From positions 36,936-100,935 of IMG/VR virus record IMGVR_UViG_3300006738_000004: a stretch of 64,000 bases of DNA; one strand, given 5' to 3'. The translations under genes were made by a program, and so were the position numbers. This DNA is from a virus. This document shows, in pieces, positions 19,740 through 31,200 of this stretch (positions are counted from its first letter, which is position 1; every line of letters starts with the position of its first letter). The notes beneath the pieces are model-generated. The model was not told where the DNA came from. It worked only from the letters and a program-made list of their open reading frames with translations, and did no database searches.

Positions 19740-19759
19740 GTAACCTCAGTCCACAAACT

Positions 19760-20010
19760 CAGACGCCCCCCGGAGAGATTCTCGGGGGGCGTTCTGCGCT
19801 TACCGCCCCAGGTTTTTGCCGACTGGGGGCTTCGGCCCTAATGTGGTGGGTCCATGGGGACCTCCAGGAGAGAGGAAGTTTCAGCGGACTCCTTTGGCCT
19901 GCCGCTGCGTCAGGGGTGCGACCTGAGCTTCGCGCACCGGAAACCGCCTTGGGTGGGGACACTGGCGAAGGCCCCTAAATCTAATCCATCGAGCTTCTCT
20001 CCTCTTCTTG
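19760..20010 (-). ncRNA. putative structured non-coding RNA (~250 nt)
   Basis: Class A motif upstream and hairpin downstream; several stems whose G-U pairs favour the - strand; the only RBS-led ATG gives Met-Asp-stop. Confidence 0.5.
19763..19792. terminator. GC-rich hairpin, possible bidirectional terminator
   Basis: ACGCCCCCCG-N10-CGGGGGGCGT; a second hairpin GACTGAG-TAAC-CTCAGTC at 19734-19751; no long U tail. Confidence 0.55.
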
Positions 20011-20017
20011 AACTCTC

Positions 20018-20045
20018 TACGGGAGCCGCTGGGAACGGGAACCCC
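20018..20045 (-). promoter_or_regulatory. class A motif
   Basis: - strand GGGGTTC CCGTTCCCAGCGGCTC CCGTA. Confidence 0.75.
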
Positions 20046-20051
20046 TTCTCT

Positions 20052-20066
20052 CGATGATTTGGCTAT
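20052..20066 (+). promoter_or_regulatory. class B motif CGAT-N7-CTAT
   Basis: CGAT gatttgg CTAT upstream of 20135. Confidence 0.7.
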
Positions 20067-20134
20067 GAGTCAGGGTGTTCGACACCATGTGCGGAGTGTG
20101 CTCGGTAGAGTGCCGGACATGGAGGCAAGGTGAC

Positions 20135-20773
20135 ATGGGTTCAATGATGAAGGACAGGTTCCAATCTCCTCGTGGCCGGGTAAGCCTTGGTTTCACCATG
20201 GAGCAAGCTGCTGTGATGGCCCTTCCCAAGGGAGAGGTCTTCATTGAGATGGTGGATGGCAAGACGGGAGAGGTCCTTTTCAAGGAACATCGCCCCAACG
20301 TCATCACCGCTGACGCAGGCATTCAAGCCGCTCGCTACTTCAAGGACCCTTCGGAGCCTGCCAGCGGGGCCAACATGCTGGCTGTGGGCACCGGAGCTAC
20401 GGGTGCCCTGTTGTCTCCCGACGCCCCAAGCCCTGACCAACGGGGTTTGAATGCGGAGATTTCCAGGAAGGCGTGGGCTTCCACTACGTTCAGGAACGCC
20501 GATGGTGGCGCGTCAGAGATCCCCACCAACGTGGTGGATTTCACCTGCACCTATGACGAGGCAGAAGCAGTCGGTCCTCTGAATGAGATGGGCATCCTGT
20601 CCACACGCTCGGACAACCCGTTGATCACCTACCCCAACCCGGACATCTACCCGGCTCGGGAACTGTCACGGGACTTGCGGGACTACGATGTGCTGATCAA
20701 CTACCTGACTTTCGCGGTGATCTCGAAGCCCAGCACCGCTCGGCTGACCATTACTTGGCGAATCACGTTCTAA
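20135..20773 (+). CDS. tail collar/baseplate-type structural protein
   Basis: NVIT..G...MLAVGTG...L.AEISRK...EAVGPLNEMGI...ISK...LTITWRITF pattern of phage tail-collar-like proteins. Confidence 0.7.
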   Translation: MGSMMKDRFQSPRGRVSLGFTMEQAAVMALPKGEVFIEMVDGKTGEVLFKEHRPNVITADAGIQAARYFKDPSEPASGANMLAVGTGATGALLSPDAPSPDQRGLNAEISRKAWASTTFRNADGGASEIPTNVVDFTCTYDEAEAVGPLNEMGILSTRSDNPLITYPNPDIYPARELSRDLRDYDVLINYLTFAVISKPSTARLTITWRITF

Positions 20774-21500
20774 GCACGGCCTCCAACTCCTTGGCAGCAG
20801 CTTCGGTTAGCTCCATGAGGAAGTCTTCTTCCTCGTTGTAGGCAAGGTAGTGCCCTTCGTGAAGGACGATGCTGCGGATAGTGCAGTAGGGATAAGGGAG
20901 GCTTTCCCGACCAGTGCCGGGATTTCCCATGGAGCCGGACTCATCGACTACGACCATGGGAGGACTCGGCTCTCCAAAGGTGGAGAGGGGAGGCAGTTCC
21001 CCGACTCCTCCCACCATGTTCTGAAGTATTTGGGGCTTGTCTTCCACCACGGTCACTTCATGGCCGTTGGCCCATACAACATCATCCTTGCCGGGTCCTA
21101 CACGGAAGCCAAGGCGGTCACCCTTGACCCAGAAGACCTTCCCTTCCGAAGAGCCGTCGAGAGTGCGGACATGCTCTCCCTTGGAGGGCATCTTGGGGGT
21201 GACGAGGGCCAGAATCCCGCTCCAGGTTTGTCCTGCGGGGGGTTGGGGGTTTCGGCAGAGGTCATCAGGGAAACCCGGCAGAACTACCTCGACGTTAGAG
21301 GCCGCAGTCCAATGGACTGTGTCAGCCGCATCTTTGATGCCGATGCGGAGACCGTGGTTGTGGAGACCTCCCTCCCCTTCCCAAAAAACGACGCCTCGTA
21401 CTCCATGAGGAACCTTCCGGCCTTTCACCACAACGACGCTCTTCCCCTTCTGGACCGAAAAGAGAGTGTCACGGGCCTCTTGTTCTGCTGGAGTGGTCAT
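20763..21500 (-). CDS. hypothetical protein, tandem SH3/KOW-like domains plus a C-terminal domain shared with 38634-39158
   Basis: Two KG..V......G.VFW.....R.G repeats; GAGG RBS; class A motif upstream. Confidence 0.7.
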   Translation of the reverse strand: MTTPAEQEARDTLFSVQKGKSVVVVKGRKVPHGVRGVVFWEGEGGLHNHGLRIGIKDAADTVHWTAASNVEVVLPGFPDDLCRNPQPPAGQTWSGILALVTPKMPSKGEHVRTLDGSSEGKVFWVKGDRLGFRVGPGKDDVVWANGHEVTVVEDKPQILQNMVGGVGELPPLSTFGEPSPPMVVVDESGSMGNPGTGRESLPYPYCTIRSIVLHEGHYLAYNEEEDFLMELTEAAAKELEAVLRT

Positions 21501-21528
21501 CTTGTGGTTTCCTCACCTTTAGGGGATC

Positions 21529-21556
21529 TACGGCAGCAAGAGGCCAATGGAACCCC
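21529..21556 (-). promoter_or_regulatory. class A motif
   Basis: - strand GGGGTTC CATTGGCCTCTTGCTG CCGTA. Confidence 0.75.
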
Positions 21557-21563
21557 CCTTTCT

Positions 21564-21578
21564 CGGTTCCATGCCTAT
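21564..21578 (+). promoter_or_regulatory. class B motif
   Basis: CGGT tccatgc CTAT upstream of 21605. Confidence 0.7.
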
Positions 21579-21604
21579 CGAGATGGACAAGCGGAGGTGG
21601 CTCT

Positions 21605-21784
21605 ATGGGATGCGGATGTCGCAAGAAGACTGGTCGCAAGAAGACGGCAAGTCATGTGAAAAAGCCCATCGCATCAAAGCCATTGCCAAACAACTTCGTG
21701 TCCAAAGCCTCCCCGAAAAGTCGAGGTGTGAGAAGGAGCGGGACGTATACGCGCACTGCTTCAGGGTCGGTGGTGCGGAAATGA
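21605..21784 (+). CDS. 59-aa highly basic protein (MGCGCRKKTGRKK...), missing from the ORF track
   Basis: GGAGGT RBS; own class B motif; ends just before the next class B motif. Confidence 0.65.
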   Translation: MGCGCRKKTGRKKTASHVKKPIASKPLPNNFVSKASPKSRGVRRSGTYTRTASGSVVRK

Positions 21785-21799
21785 ATCAGGAGCGCGTTT

Positions 21800-21814
21800 C
21801 GGTGTCCCGGCTAT
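21800..21814 (+). promoter_or_regulatory. class B motif
   Basis: CGGT gtcccgg CTAT upstream of 21863. Confidence 0.7.
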
Positions 21815-21862
21815 ACGCCGCGATGCCGTAGGTAAGGTACTCCCTCGGAGCGGGAATCCCGG

Positions 21863-24800
21863 ATGGCTATCAGAGATAAATACTTCACAGGTTCCACAGT
21901 CTCACGATACCTCCCGCCAGGGGAGCATTCGTGGGATGAGGCTGTGTACCAGTCCGGCAAGCCGGTTCTGGACGCTGAACTGAACCTATCCCAAGAGGTC
22001 GGGCGTCAACTCCGGTCCTTGGTACAGCAACGCACTGTCCCGTCTGGGTGGTTGCGGGGACCTGTTCCCCCTCGCTTCAACGAAGGGATTTCCTTCCTTC
22101 CCACCTCCAACCCCAACTTCGCCCCCAACACGTTTTGGATGGGGAAGAGGACCGCTCTCGTTGCGGGTGCCCCCATTGTGGTGGAGTTTTCCAACACCGA
22201 CCTGCCTAACATAAACCGGATCGACCTGGATGCGGCCACCGTTTACGAAGGGACCGGCACCTCCATCAAGCGCACGGACTTCGTGTTCCTTGAGGTATGG
22301 CGTTGCCTTGTCTCCCACTCCCCCCGTGCTTCAGCGACGGTCGAGGTGGTGACTTGGGGTGACCTGGATGCGGCTGATCAGATCCTCATCAACGCGGTTG
22401 TCCTGCAAGCGACAACGGGTGGGCCAGCACTCAACACGTTCAACCTGGGCCTGAATGCCAATGAGACTGCCGCGAACATCGCCGCAGCCATCAATGAGCC
22501 TCTGAACGCCTTTACGGGGATCTGCACGGCTGCGGTGGACGTATCGGACCCCACCCAGGTGAACCTCACCACTGTCGATGCTTTGGCCGGGGCCGCTGGA
22601 AATGCAGTGACCCTGAGCCTTGCCCTCACCAATGCAGGCAGCATGACGGTGAATGCGGGACCAGGACCCACGACCTTTGCGGGTGGTGCGGACACGCCCA
22701 ACAAGCCCACGCAGTTCTCCCTCTATCGAAACGGAAACGTCCAGTCCCCCCTTGCCACCAACCTCCCTGACGAGATCGCGGACCCCACCATCGGGACCGA
22801 GACAACCAAGCGAGTTCAGTGGCAGTACAGGATTCGAGCCACCGGGGCGGCTGAGGGCGTCAACTTCAAGACCCAGCACGACGGTTTCTCGCAGCCCAAT
22901 GTCCAGGCTCAAGGGTCCCAAGCTGCTCCTCTTGGGGCGCTCTTCCCCTTTGTCAAAGCAGACATGACTTCGGTGATCGACAACAGCAGTGCTGTTGCCT
23001 ACGACATCCGTGATCCTGGCCTGTGGATTTCCGGTGATGGGACTTCTGCTTCAGCGACCGCCCTTGGAACTGTCGATGGCTATGTCTATGCAGTGCCCAT
23101 CGGTTTCGTGTTCCGTAGAAACGATGCCTACAACGGCGGGGTATCAGCACCCCCGCTGGGTCAGGGGTTTTCCCCTCTGGACAACACGAATGGAGGGTTG
23201 CCTTTCACCCATCCCTTGTTCGTGAACCCGTACATTGGAACCATTGAACCTAACGAGTCAGACCGCCCTGACGGTCAGTTCTATGATGTCATCTCCGACA
23301 CGGACTTCCTCGACCTGCGGAAGAACGTGTATCCAGGAGGTATTGACCTCAAAGCAGAGCTTGAGCGCCAGATGGGCTTGGTCCTGGACAACACGCTGGG
23401 GACCTGGGCGATTGATTCAGGGGATAAGTCCGGCGCGATGGGCGGTGGCTCTGGGGATGTGAGTTGGAAGTACATGGTCTGCAACGAGATTGGTCGTGCA
23501 GATGCAGAAGGAGGCAACCCGCAAAACTCCGGGGACACCCTCCGGGGCAACTTCATCGCCAACTTCGATCATGTTCGCCGTCGTTTCGGAGACCAAGCTG
23601 TCGTAGAGCTTCGGGTTTTCCCGATCCTGCCAACCGACATTGCGATCAATGAGCCTGGGAAGTTCGTCATCAAGGACAACCCAGCTACGCAGCCCCTTTG
23701 CTGGGCTGAAGATGATGTCATCCACATTGACCTGAGCAGTCTGAACGCTACCGGGGATGGGACTTGGGCTGAAGCAACTGAAACCTACCACGGCGGCTCT
23801 GGCGGTTTTGTTTCCAACTTCTTCCCGTCAGGCACCTTGATCACTGGAATCAACACCATCCGACATGACGACGGGCAATCCACCGCTGTTGTGGTTCCCG
23901 AAGTCCAGATGAAGCTCGTTACTGGGCTGGGCACGGACTACGTTCAAATCACGCTGGATAGGAATGACACACCCTGTGATGGCGGCGGTATCGCGGGCTA
24001 TCCAGGCACAACGATTTCCATGTCTGCTCCAACAGCAGCCAACGACACGGGAAGCCCTCGACGCATCTTCGTGGAGTTGGAGATCACCTACCCGGTAGGC
24101 TCTGGAACTTCCGACACGCCCTGGCTGGACGCCAATGACGAGTCCGTGGTTCCAGATGCTCCCACCTCTGTGGGGGTGTATGACTTCGGCCCTGCTGTTG
24201 AAGACGGCGACGTCAGTCAGAGGCCCCCGGATTTCAATGAGCAGTTGCCGCCCTTGTTCCGGCCCTCACACCGGGAGATCCAGGTTGAGTATGCGTGTGG
24301 CGACCCCGGTGCCCCCGGATCTGCGTACACGGACATACTCATCTCCGCAGATCCGCTGAACATCACCGTGCCACGACGCATGTACGGATCGAAGAACACG
24401 GAAGCCACTGTCACAGACCTTATTTCAGGAACCGCCCGTGCAGTAGACCATTCAACCACTCACTACGGGATGTCCTCCCGGCGTCTGGTTCTCAACGACA
24501 CGGGGACCGCACCTGCCATCCCGCTTACCAATACAGGCTCTACGCCCGTTACTGTGAACTGGTGGCCTCAGGACCCCATCCCCAACTCTGGGGGTAGTGA
24601 CGGCTACCAGCTTGCCTTCTACTACCGGACCCAGGCAGAGCAGACGGTAGGGAGCCAAACGGGTATTCCCAGTCTCCCCGAGAACCTTGTAGTGGAGCCT
24701 CTGGTGATGGCCCGTAGCCTGTGGACTAACACGGTTTCCGTAGGCTCAGTAGATGTCCCCTTCCCGTACCTGAACCCGTCAGACCAAATCCCAGTCAACG

Positions 24801-25267
24801 CCGACACACCCGTGAATGATTTCCCAGGTGAGTGGGCACTTCAAGCAACTGCCGACATCTCGGTGATGGATTTCGACGCTGACGTTGGCATCTTGAACCT
24901 GCATCAGATGGTCCCTGTGGCTAACGCACCTGAGTTTGACTTCAGGTTCCCCGACAAGGATGTGGAGTTCCGCTCCCACTACAAGTTCTTGGACACGAAC
25001 GCTTACCGTCCCACCGCGATGGCACAACCGTTGTCAGGAATCGCCACACACAAGGTGAGCTTTCCCTTCCTTGCACGGGTGACGAGTGGCTTGGACGGCA
25101 CGGCTGGAAGCACCCTGTGGAGGGAGAACGAGGTTATCCTGTTGGTTGTTACTCGATACGCCATCCTTGATGAGGACAACACCGTGCTTTTCACTGATGG
25201 TGCAGGGAACCGGACTTGTGTAGGGGTGTACCGCACTGAGGGCCTCACCCTTTTGGCCTCGGAGTAA
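21863..25267 (+). CDS. large virion structural protein, DUF6519/DUF4815-like N-terminus
   Basis: VYQSGKPVLDAELN motif; paralog of 33219-38627. Confidence 0.65.
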   Translation: MAIRDKYFTGSTVSRYLPPGEHSWDEAVYQSGKPVLDAELNLSQEVGRQLRSLVQQRTVPSGWLRGPVPPRFNEGISFLPTSNPNFAPNTFWMGKRTALVAGAPIVVEFSNTDLPNINRIDLDAATVYEGTGTSIKRTDFVFLEVWRCLVSHSPRASATVEVVTWGDLDAADQILINAVVLQATTGGPALNTFNLGLNANETAANIAAAINEPLNAFTGICTAAVDVSDPTQVNLTTVDALAGAAGNAVTLSLALTNAGSMTVNAGPGPTTFAGGADTPNKPTQFSLYRNGNVQSPLATNLPDEIADPTIGTETTKRVQWQYRIRATGAAEGVNFKTQHDGFSQPNVQAQGSQAAPLGALFPFVKADMTSVIDNSSAVAYDIRDPGLWISGDGTSASATALGTVDGYVYAVPIGFVFRRNDAYNGGVSAPPLGQGFSPLDNTNGGLPFTHPLFVNPYIGTIEPNESDRPDGQFYDVISDTDFLDLRKNVYPGGIDLKAELERQMGLVLDNTLGTWAIDSGDKSGAMGGGSGDVSWKYMVCNEIGRADAEGGNPQNSGDTLRGNFIANFDHVRRRFGDQAVVELRVFPILPTDIAINEPGKFVIKDNPATQPLCWAEDDVIHIDLSSLNATGDGTWAEATETYHGGSGGFVSNFFPSGTLITGINTIRHDDGQSTAVVVPEVQMKLVTGLGTDYVQITLDRNDTPCDGGGIAGYPGTTISMSAPTAANDTGSPRRIFVELEITYPVGSGTSDTPWLDANDESVVPDAPTSVGVYDFGPAVEDGDVSQRPPDFNEQLPPLFRPSHREIQVEYACGDPGAPGSAYTDILISADPLNITVPRRMYGSKNTEATVTDLISGTARAVDHSTTHYGMSSRRLVLNDTGTAPAIPLTNTGSTPVTVNWWPQDPIPNSGGSDGYQLAFYYRTQAEQTVGSQTGIPSLPENLVVEPLVMARSLWTNTVSVGSVDVPFPYLNPSDQIPVNADTPVNDFPGEWALQATADISVMDFDADVGILNLHQMVPVANAPEFDFRFPDKDVEFRSHYKFLDTNAYRPTAMAQPLSGIATHKVSFPFLARVTSGLDGTAGSTLWRENEVILLVVTRYAILDEDNTVLFTDGAGNRTCVGVYRTEGLTLLASE

Positions 25268-25271
25268 GTAG

Positions 25272-28200
25272 ATGCCTCGTAATGTAGATCCCGGAACTAT
25301 CGTAGTCGGCGCAGGGCTTGCTCCTGAAGGGACTGTTGAGGACAACTCCCTCCGGTACCCGGAAAGGGATGTAGACCCCCTTCGGGTCCACCTCCATGAC
25401 ACCAGCCGTGCCCACATGGCTGTGGCTATCGGCATTGACGATGCAGGCCATTGCTACACCTCGGATGAGGTAGAAGGCGCACTCCAGGAAATCTGTGCTG
25501 CTGCTGGCGCGAGCCGCATGAACGGCATGGTCAACGGCGGCTACTTCGTTGAGCTTGGGCCACCTTCCACCGCAGTGATTCAGGCGGCTATCTCTGGTGG
25601 TGGTGTGGGCACGACGCTCACCTTGGTGGAACCCACGACCGTGTTGGTCAACACCCACGTCCTGCATTTGGGTGGCATGACCATCACGCTCCCCGATGAC
25701 GCTGTCAGCTTTGTCTATGTGGACTGCGATGGAACGCACGCCACTTACGAGACTCTCGTCTCCACTTTGGCACCTCCTCCCCAGATTGATTCAGGGGGTT
25801 GGCCCGGTGTCGAGCATGTCATGATCGCCAAGATCACGACCGTGGGAGGCATTGTCACCGCATACCAGGATGCCCGGTTCTTCGTGGCTGACCTGGACCG
25901 GAAGCTCGCTTACTCTGTGCGGGCCGTTCCAGGTGAGCCAGACAACGACCTCTATGCAGAGGCGTGCTTCGTTACCCTTGAAGCATCCCTTTTCTGGATG
26001 GAGTGGTACCACACCAATGCTATGGACGGCCAAGACACCAGGACTCGGATCCTGCTGCGAGGGACCCAGACAGTCTTCGCGCCCCTTGTGGTACCGCTCA
26101 ATAACGTGGTGTTCCAAGGGGACGGGGACGCGAAGATCGTATTCCCCGGTGGTTTTGCAGGGACCACGTTGTTCGATGTTTCGGATCGTATAGGTGTTGA
26201 GTTCCGTGACCTTGAGTTTGTCTCAAGCGTGGCCACCAACAACACCGCCATCTGGGCGAACGGGGCAACGACCGCTTCCAGTGGGCTGAGGGTTACCAAC
26301 TGCCAGTTTGCCCATACTGGAGGGGTAGCAAACCGTTGGACGACTGGTATTTCCGTAGAGTCCTCAGCGTCCCCGCCGTCCTGGATATTGGTCCAGGATT
26401 GCCAGATGATGGTGAGCGGTGCGGGGGTCCGCATTGATTCCGGTGCCTCCTGCACTATCCAAGGGTGCTTGGTAGCGGGGGTGGCTGGGGTCACCCCCGT
26501 GGGGATTGACCTCCCCGCCACTCAGCATGGGCTGGGTAGTGACAACAGGGTCTTGGATTGCGAGGTCAAGGACTGTGCAACCGCTATTCGAGCCACCGAC
26601 AGCAAGAGGCTCCATGTAGAAGGTTGCCAGCTTGAGGCTGACGACGACGGCATCATCATCCGGGCGGCGACCCAGAGCTTCGATCTCGAAGAGAACGTGA
26701 TCGAGGGGACCGTCATCAAGCTGGCCGATACCACCACTGCCTTGTGTGGCATCGTTTTCGACCACTCTGCCATTATCGGCCCGATGACCAAGAACGCCGT
26801 CATCGACTGCCTTATCGAGAACCAACGAACTGCGGGCTGGGCCGCTGGGGATTTCTCGTGGGGAATCGACTTCCGTAGCTTTGGGGGCGACGAGATCGGG
26901 GTGCTCAATCGAATCTCTGGCTGCACAATCCAGGGATTCAACAACCCTGCGGCTGCCTTGCTGGGCATTAGCGGGGGTGTGCGGCTTGACGCCGCTGCTG
27001 ACCAGACTCGAATCGTAGATACCGCCTTCCACCTGTGCGCGAACGGCATCTATTTCGACGCTGGCAGCGGGAACGTCGCCCAAGGAGTTTCGGTAGAGGG
27101 GTGTAAGTACACAGCTTCTACGAACACGGACTCAGGCTTATGCGCGGGCTTCACCTTCCTCTATCAGTTTGATGATTTGGGCATTATCGGGAACACCTTG
27201 CACTGCCTCGGGAACGCCGATGGCAGCCAGGGTGCAATCCTTGGAGTCTACGTCGGCAATCCTGAGGATAATGCGGGTACAGGGCTTCGTATTGCGAACA
27301 ACCAAGTCACAGGTATGGGGTATCAGACGGGAGCGATGCGCCCAGCGGGCATCCAGGTTGACGGCTTCTGGACCAATGTCAACGTCAGTGACAACACCAT
27401 AGACGGCTTCATTGGTGGGGGAGGAGGACACTTCCCCAACGGTGCTGGGGTGTCTTTCACCCCACGTTCCTTGGCCCCTCATGATGTGGTTGTTTCTGGA
27501 AACGCCATCACCCGTTGCCTTCACGGGATCACCGCAGCGGGGGTGGACCACACACACTTTGCGAGCACTTACAACATCACCGGCAACACCATCAGCTACT
27601 GCGCTGGCCCGATTTCCGACTCCACCAACGTCGTGATGCTGGACAGAGCCGTCTTCGGGATTGCCATGGAGTTCTGTGAAGATTTCATGGTTTCCTCCAA
27701 CGTCATCTCAGATTGCGGGAGCATCAACTTCCCCAATGGGAGCGCGGCTGTCCCTGCTGGGACTGAATCTACCATTGGCATCTGCGCCCTGAACTGTACG
27801 CAGTACAGCATCCACGGCAACCGGATCCATGAGCTTATTTCGACCGGGGTGGGCATCACGATTCCAATCCAGGCCCGCAATGACGGGGCGGGTGTGGGCG
27901 CGGCTGGCACTTGGGCCTCGCGTGCAGTCTCGATCTGCAACAACGAGATCAAAGGAGCGGGGAATCCCCCTTGGCTCCTCGGGGCCGCTGCCCAACTGTG
28001 GGGCATCTCCGTTTCGAGCAGTGCCTTTGGGGACGCGGCTGACTCCACTTACATCATCAATGACCTGACGATTTCGGACAACACCATCACGGGTTTGCGT
28101 TCCCATGCTGTCACTACCATAGGCAGCATAGGCATCTGGGTCGGTGCCCGCCAGAACGCTGAAATCTCCAAGGTAGCCGTCCAAGGGAACTTGGTTTCAG

Positions 28201-31200
28201 GGTGTGAGTGGTTCAGCATCTGGCTGGACGCCGACGCCAAGTCTACCACCCCTGGCTACTTCTCGTTCATAAGGGACGCCGACGTCTCGAACAACGTGAT
28301 CGGTGCTCAACACTCTGTAAGTGACGCTACGGCGGGGATCTTTGTGCAGGCCGCCGACGCGGGGAGGGTTCAGCACGCCAACATCAGCAACAACAACATC
28401 AGCAATGTCCCTGACCGGGGCATCTACCTCAAGTCTGACAGTGACAACAGCGTCCTGTCAGGGATTCGGGTTGTAGGGAACACCATCCCTTACATTCCCG
28501 TAGGGGACCACGGGTCCTTCGGCATCGAGTTGGAGAGCGTAAGTGACGTTGTGGCTGAGGTGCAGGATGTTGTGATTTCGGGCAACACCATCGGCGGCAG
28601 GCTCGTGTTCGACTCCGGGTCCAGCAACTTCATGGTGCATACCGGAATCAAGGTTTTCAACGAGGAGTGTTCCAAGTTCCTCCGAGTTCATGTTGACGAC
28701 AATGAGATTGCGGCCACTGCTTACGGTGTCCATTGGCAGGTGGCATCAACAGCGGCTCCTGGGTCCAACCTCACAGTACGTTGGCCCTCCATCAACCGAA
28801 ACACCATCCACTACGCGCCCCAGGACGGGATCTCCATCTTTGAGTTCAGGCCCATCTTTGTGGACTCCTTTGGAGCGCACTGGGAAGACGCTGAGTTCAT
28901 CGGAAACCAAGTTCGGAGTGCTTGCACTCCTTTGAACGGTCCTGCTGTTCCCCTGACAGTACACCTGTACGGGGACAACAACCCCAGCACCGCGCCCTAC
29001 CACTTCACCAACATCAAGATCAACGACAACACTGCGGAGAACACGTCCGAGACCACTGACGTACCAAACACGGAGTCCATCCTTCTGCACATTGCCAGTG
29101 CCAAGATGGATGTCCACGGCATTCAAATCAACAGGAACACAACTCAGGGTGGGGGCATCAACTGCCTTCTGGACCACTTGGATGTCGAACACGATGAAAT
29201 CTCGGACATCAACATCTGTAACAACGCGGTGAACGGCAACCTCGCTCGCATTGGGATCAAGTTCAACACCAAGGATGTTCCCATCCTCTCACCCCAGCCT
29301 ATCAGCAACGTGAAAATCGACGGCAACACAATAGAGAGCCTCGCCACGGGCATCACCTTTGCTCCAACAACCGAGTCCTCCTACGGAATCCTCGTCGCCA
29401 CAACGGGCGCTGAAGCGCCGATTCGAGGGTGCTCCATCTCCAACAACACCGTCGATGGCACGTTGTCATCTGCGCTGTCGGCAGCTTGGGGGGTGACAGG
29501 AATCAAGATGGTGGGTGCCGGGTGCAGGGCAATGAGCATCCATGGGAACACGTTGGTCAACTTGAGGGGTGATGACAAGCAGACGAGGGGTATCTGGTAC
29601 AACTGCTTGTCAGGCGATTCGACCCAGGCCCTTACCGTTGACGGAAACACCGTCAACGGAGCCGGGGGGAGCGGCATTGAACTCCAGTTTGGCGGGGACG
29701 ATGCGGGTGTACATGCTGGCGAAGACGACTCCATCTCTTGCTGCAACAACAACCTGCGGCTCGTCACTACCGGGAGTGACCCCGGCATCCCAGGCATCCT
29801 GATACACGCAGCAGAGGGCACAGACACGACGCTCAAGAACGTCCAAGTCCACGGGAATCAGGTCGAGGTGGGAGACTCTCAGATCGGCATCCAGGTTGAT
29901 GCTGATGGGTGGGACGACAACTACTCCATCTCTTGCTGCGACAACACCGTCAGCAAGAACTACGGGAAGGTCCCCAACTTCGGAATCCTCGGGTCTTTCG
30001 CCAACAACGCTGAGGACGTCCGGTTCGACGGGAACACTTGCGTTGCGTGGAAGAACTACGGGGTCATGGTTTTTGCTCCGCTGGTGATGCGGAACTTCTC
30101 CCTTAGCCGAAACCTCGTGCGGACAGGAAACACCGAAAAGGCTTCCTTCTATTCAGGGGTTCGGCTGTACGGAGACGCTTTGACTGAGGGGAGGAACACA
30201 ACCCTGGATGGGAACATAGTTGACTACATCGGCGGCAATCTCGTGGGTGCAAACCGTGGAGTGGTGTTCACAACCGACAACATCGCTTTGCTGGGAGGGG
30301 CCGACTGTCAGAACACCAGCATCAGCGGCAACAAGATCATGGAGGCCAGCTACGCTGTCTGGTTTGGGGGCGAAGGGGCCAATGACGCCATGAGCCACTA
30401 CAACACGAACATTTGCGACAACCAAGTCGTCATAAGCAACTCGAATCCTCAATACGCTCCAGTCTCGGGCATCAAGGTCCTGTCTGGGGCCAATCAGACT
30501 GAGTTCCAAGGGATGACCCTCAGCCGCAATCAAGTATCAGTGAGTTCCAACGACCATGACTACAAAGGGATCGACATCCTCATCGGGGGGGTTGATGGCC
30601 TCAACTCGCTCTGGGATGTCTCGGACAACCAGATCAACTACCTCAACCCCCTTGTCGATACCGCCCAGGACACAACTGGCATCTACTGGGAGAACTTCTC
30701 GACCAATGGCCTCTGCCATCAAATGCGGATCGCCCGAAACACGGTCGTGGGTGCCGGGAGGTGGGGCATTGCAGTCGGTTTCTTTGGGGATACCCGAGAA
30801 GTCCAAATCCTGGATAACATCATCCACAGCAGCCGAAACACATTCACAGGCGGCTACGGCTACCACAACGGGGATCTGGTTATCGAGTGGCAGCTTGGCT
30901 CGACCCTCAAGGCCCTGAGTGTCTGCGGGAACCATTGTCGGAACGGGGCCAAGCACCCAGACCGTTACGGTTTCGTTTTCAGTGATGCAGGCTTGCCGGG
31001 AACCATCGGTAAGTGGATCATCTCGAACAACACATCCCTCAACTATGAGCAGTTCAAGGCCGTCGACACCACCTTTACAAACCCCTCCGTTCTCCAGTAC
31101 TCCAACATCACCGACAACATCAACATGGACATGACTGTTGCTGCTGATAACTGGGATAACGGTCTGAACTGGGCCGATCCCACAAACGTCCATGTCTCCA

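Noticed and set aside
19840-19975. tmRNA/tRNA-like ends on the - strand (5' GGGG... 3' CCACCA)
   Set aside because: No G3-U70 pair, no T-arm (GGTTCRA), and far too short for tmRNA.
21547-21831. 94-aa ORF from the track
   Set aside because: It overlaps three promoter motifs and lacks an RBS; the 21605-21784 frame has the RBS and fits between the motifs.
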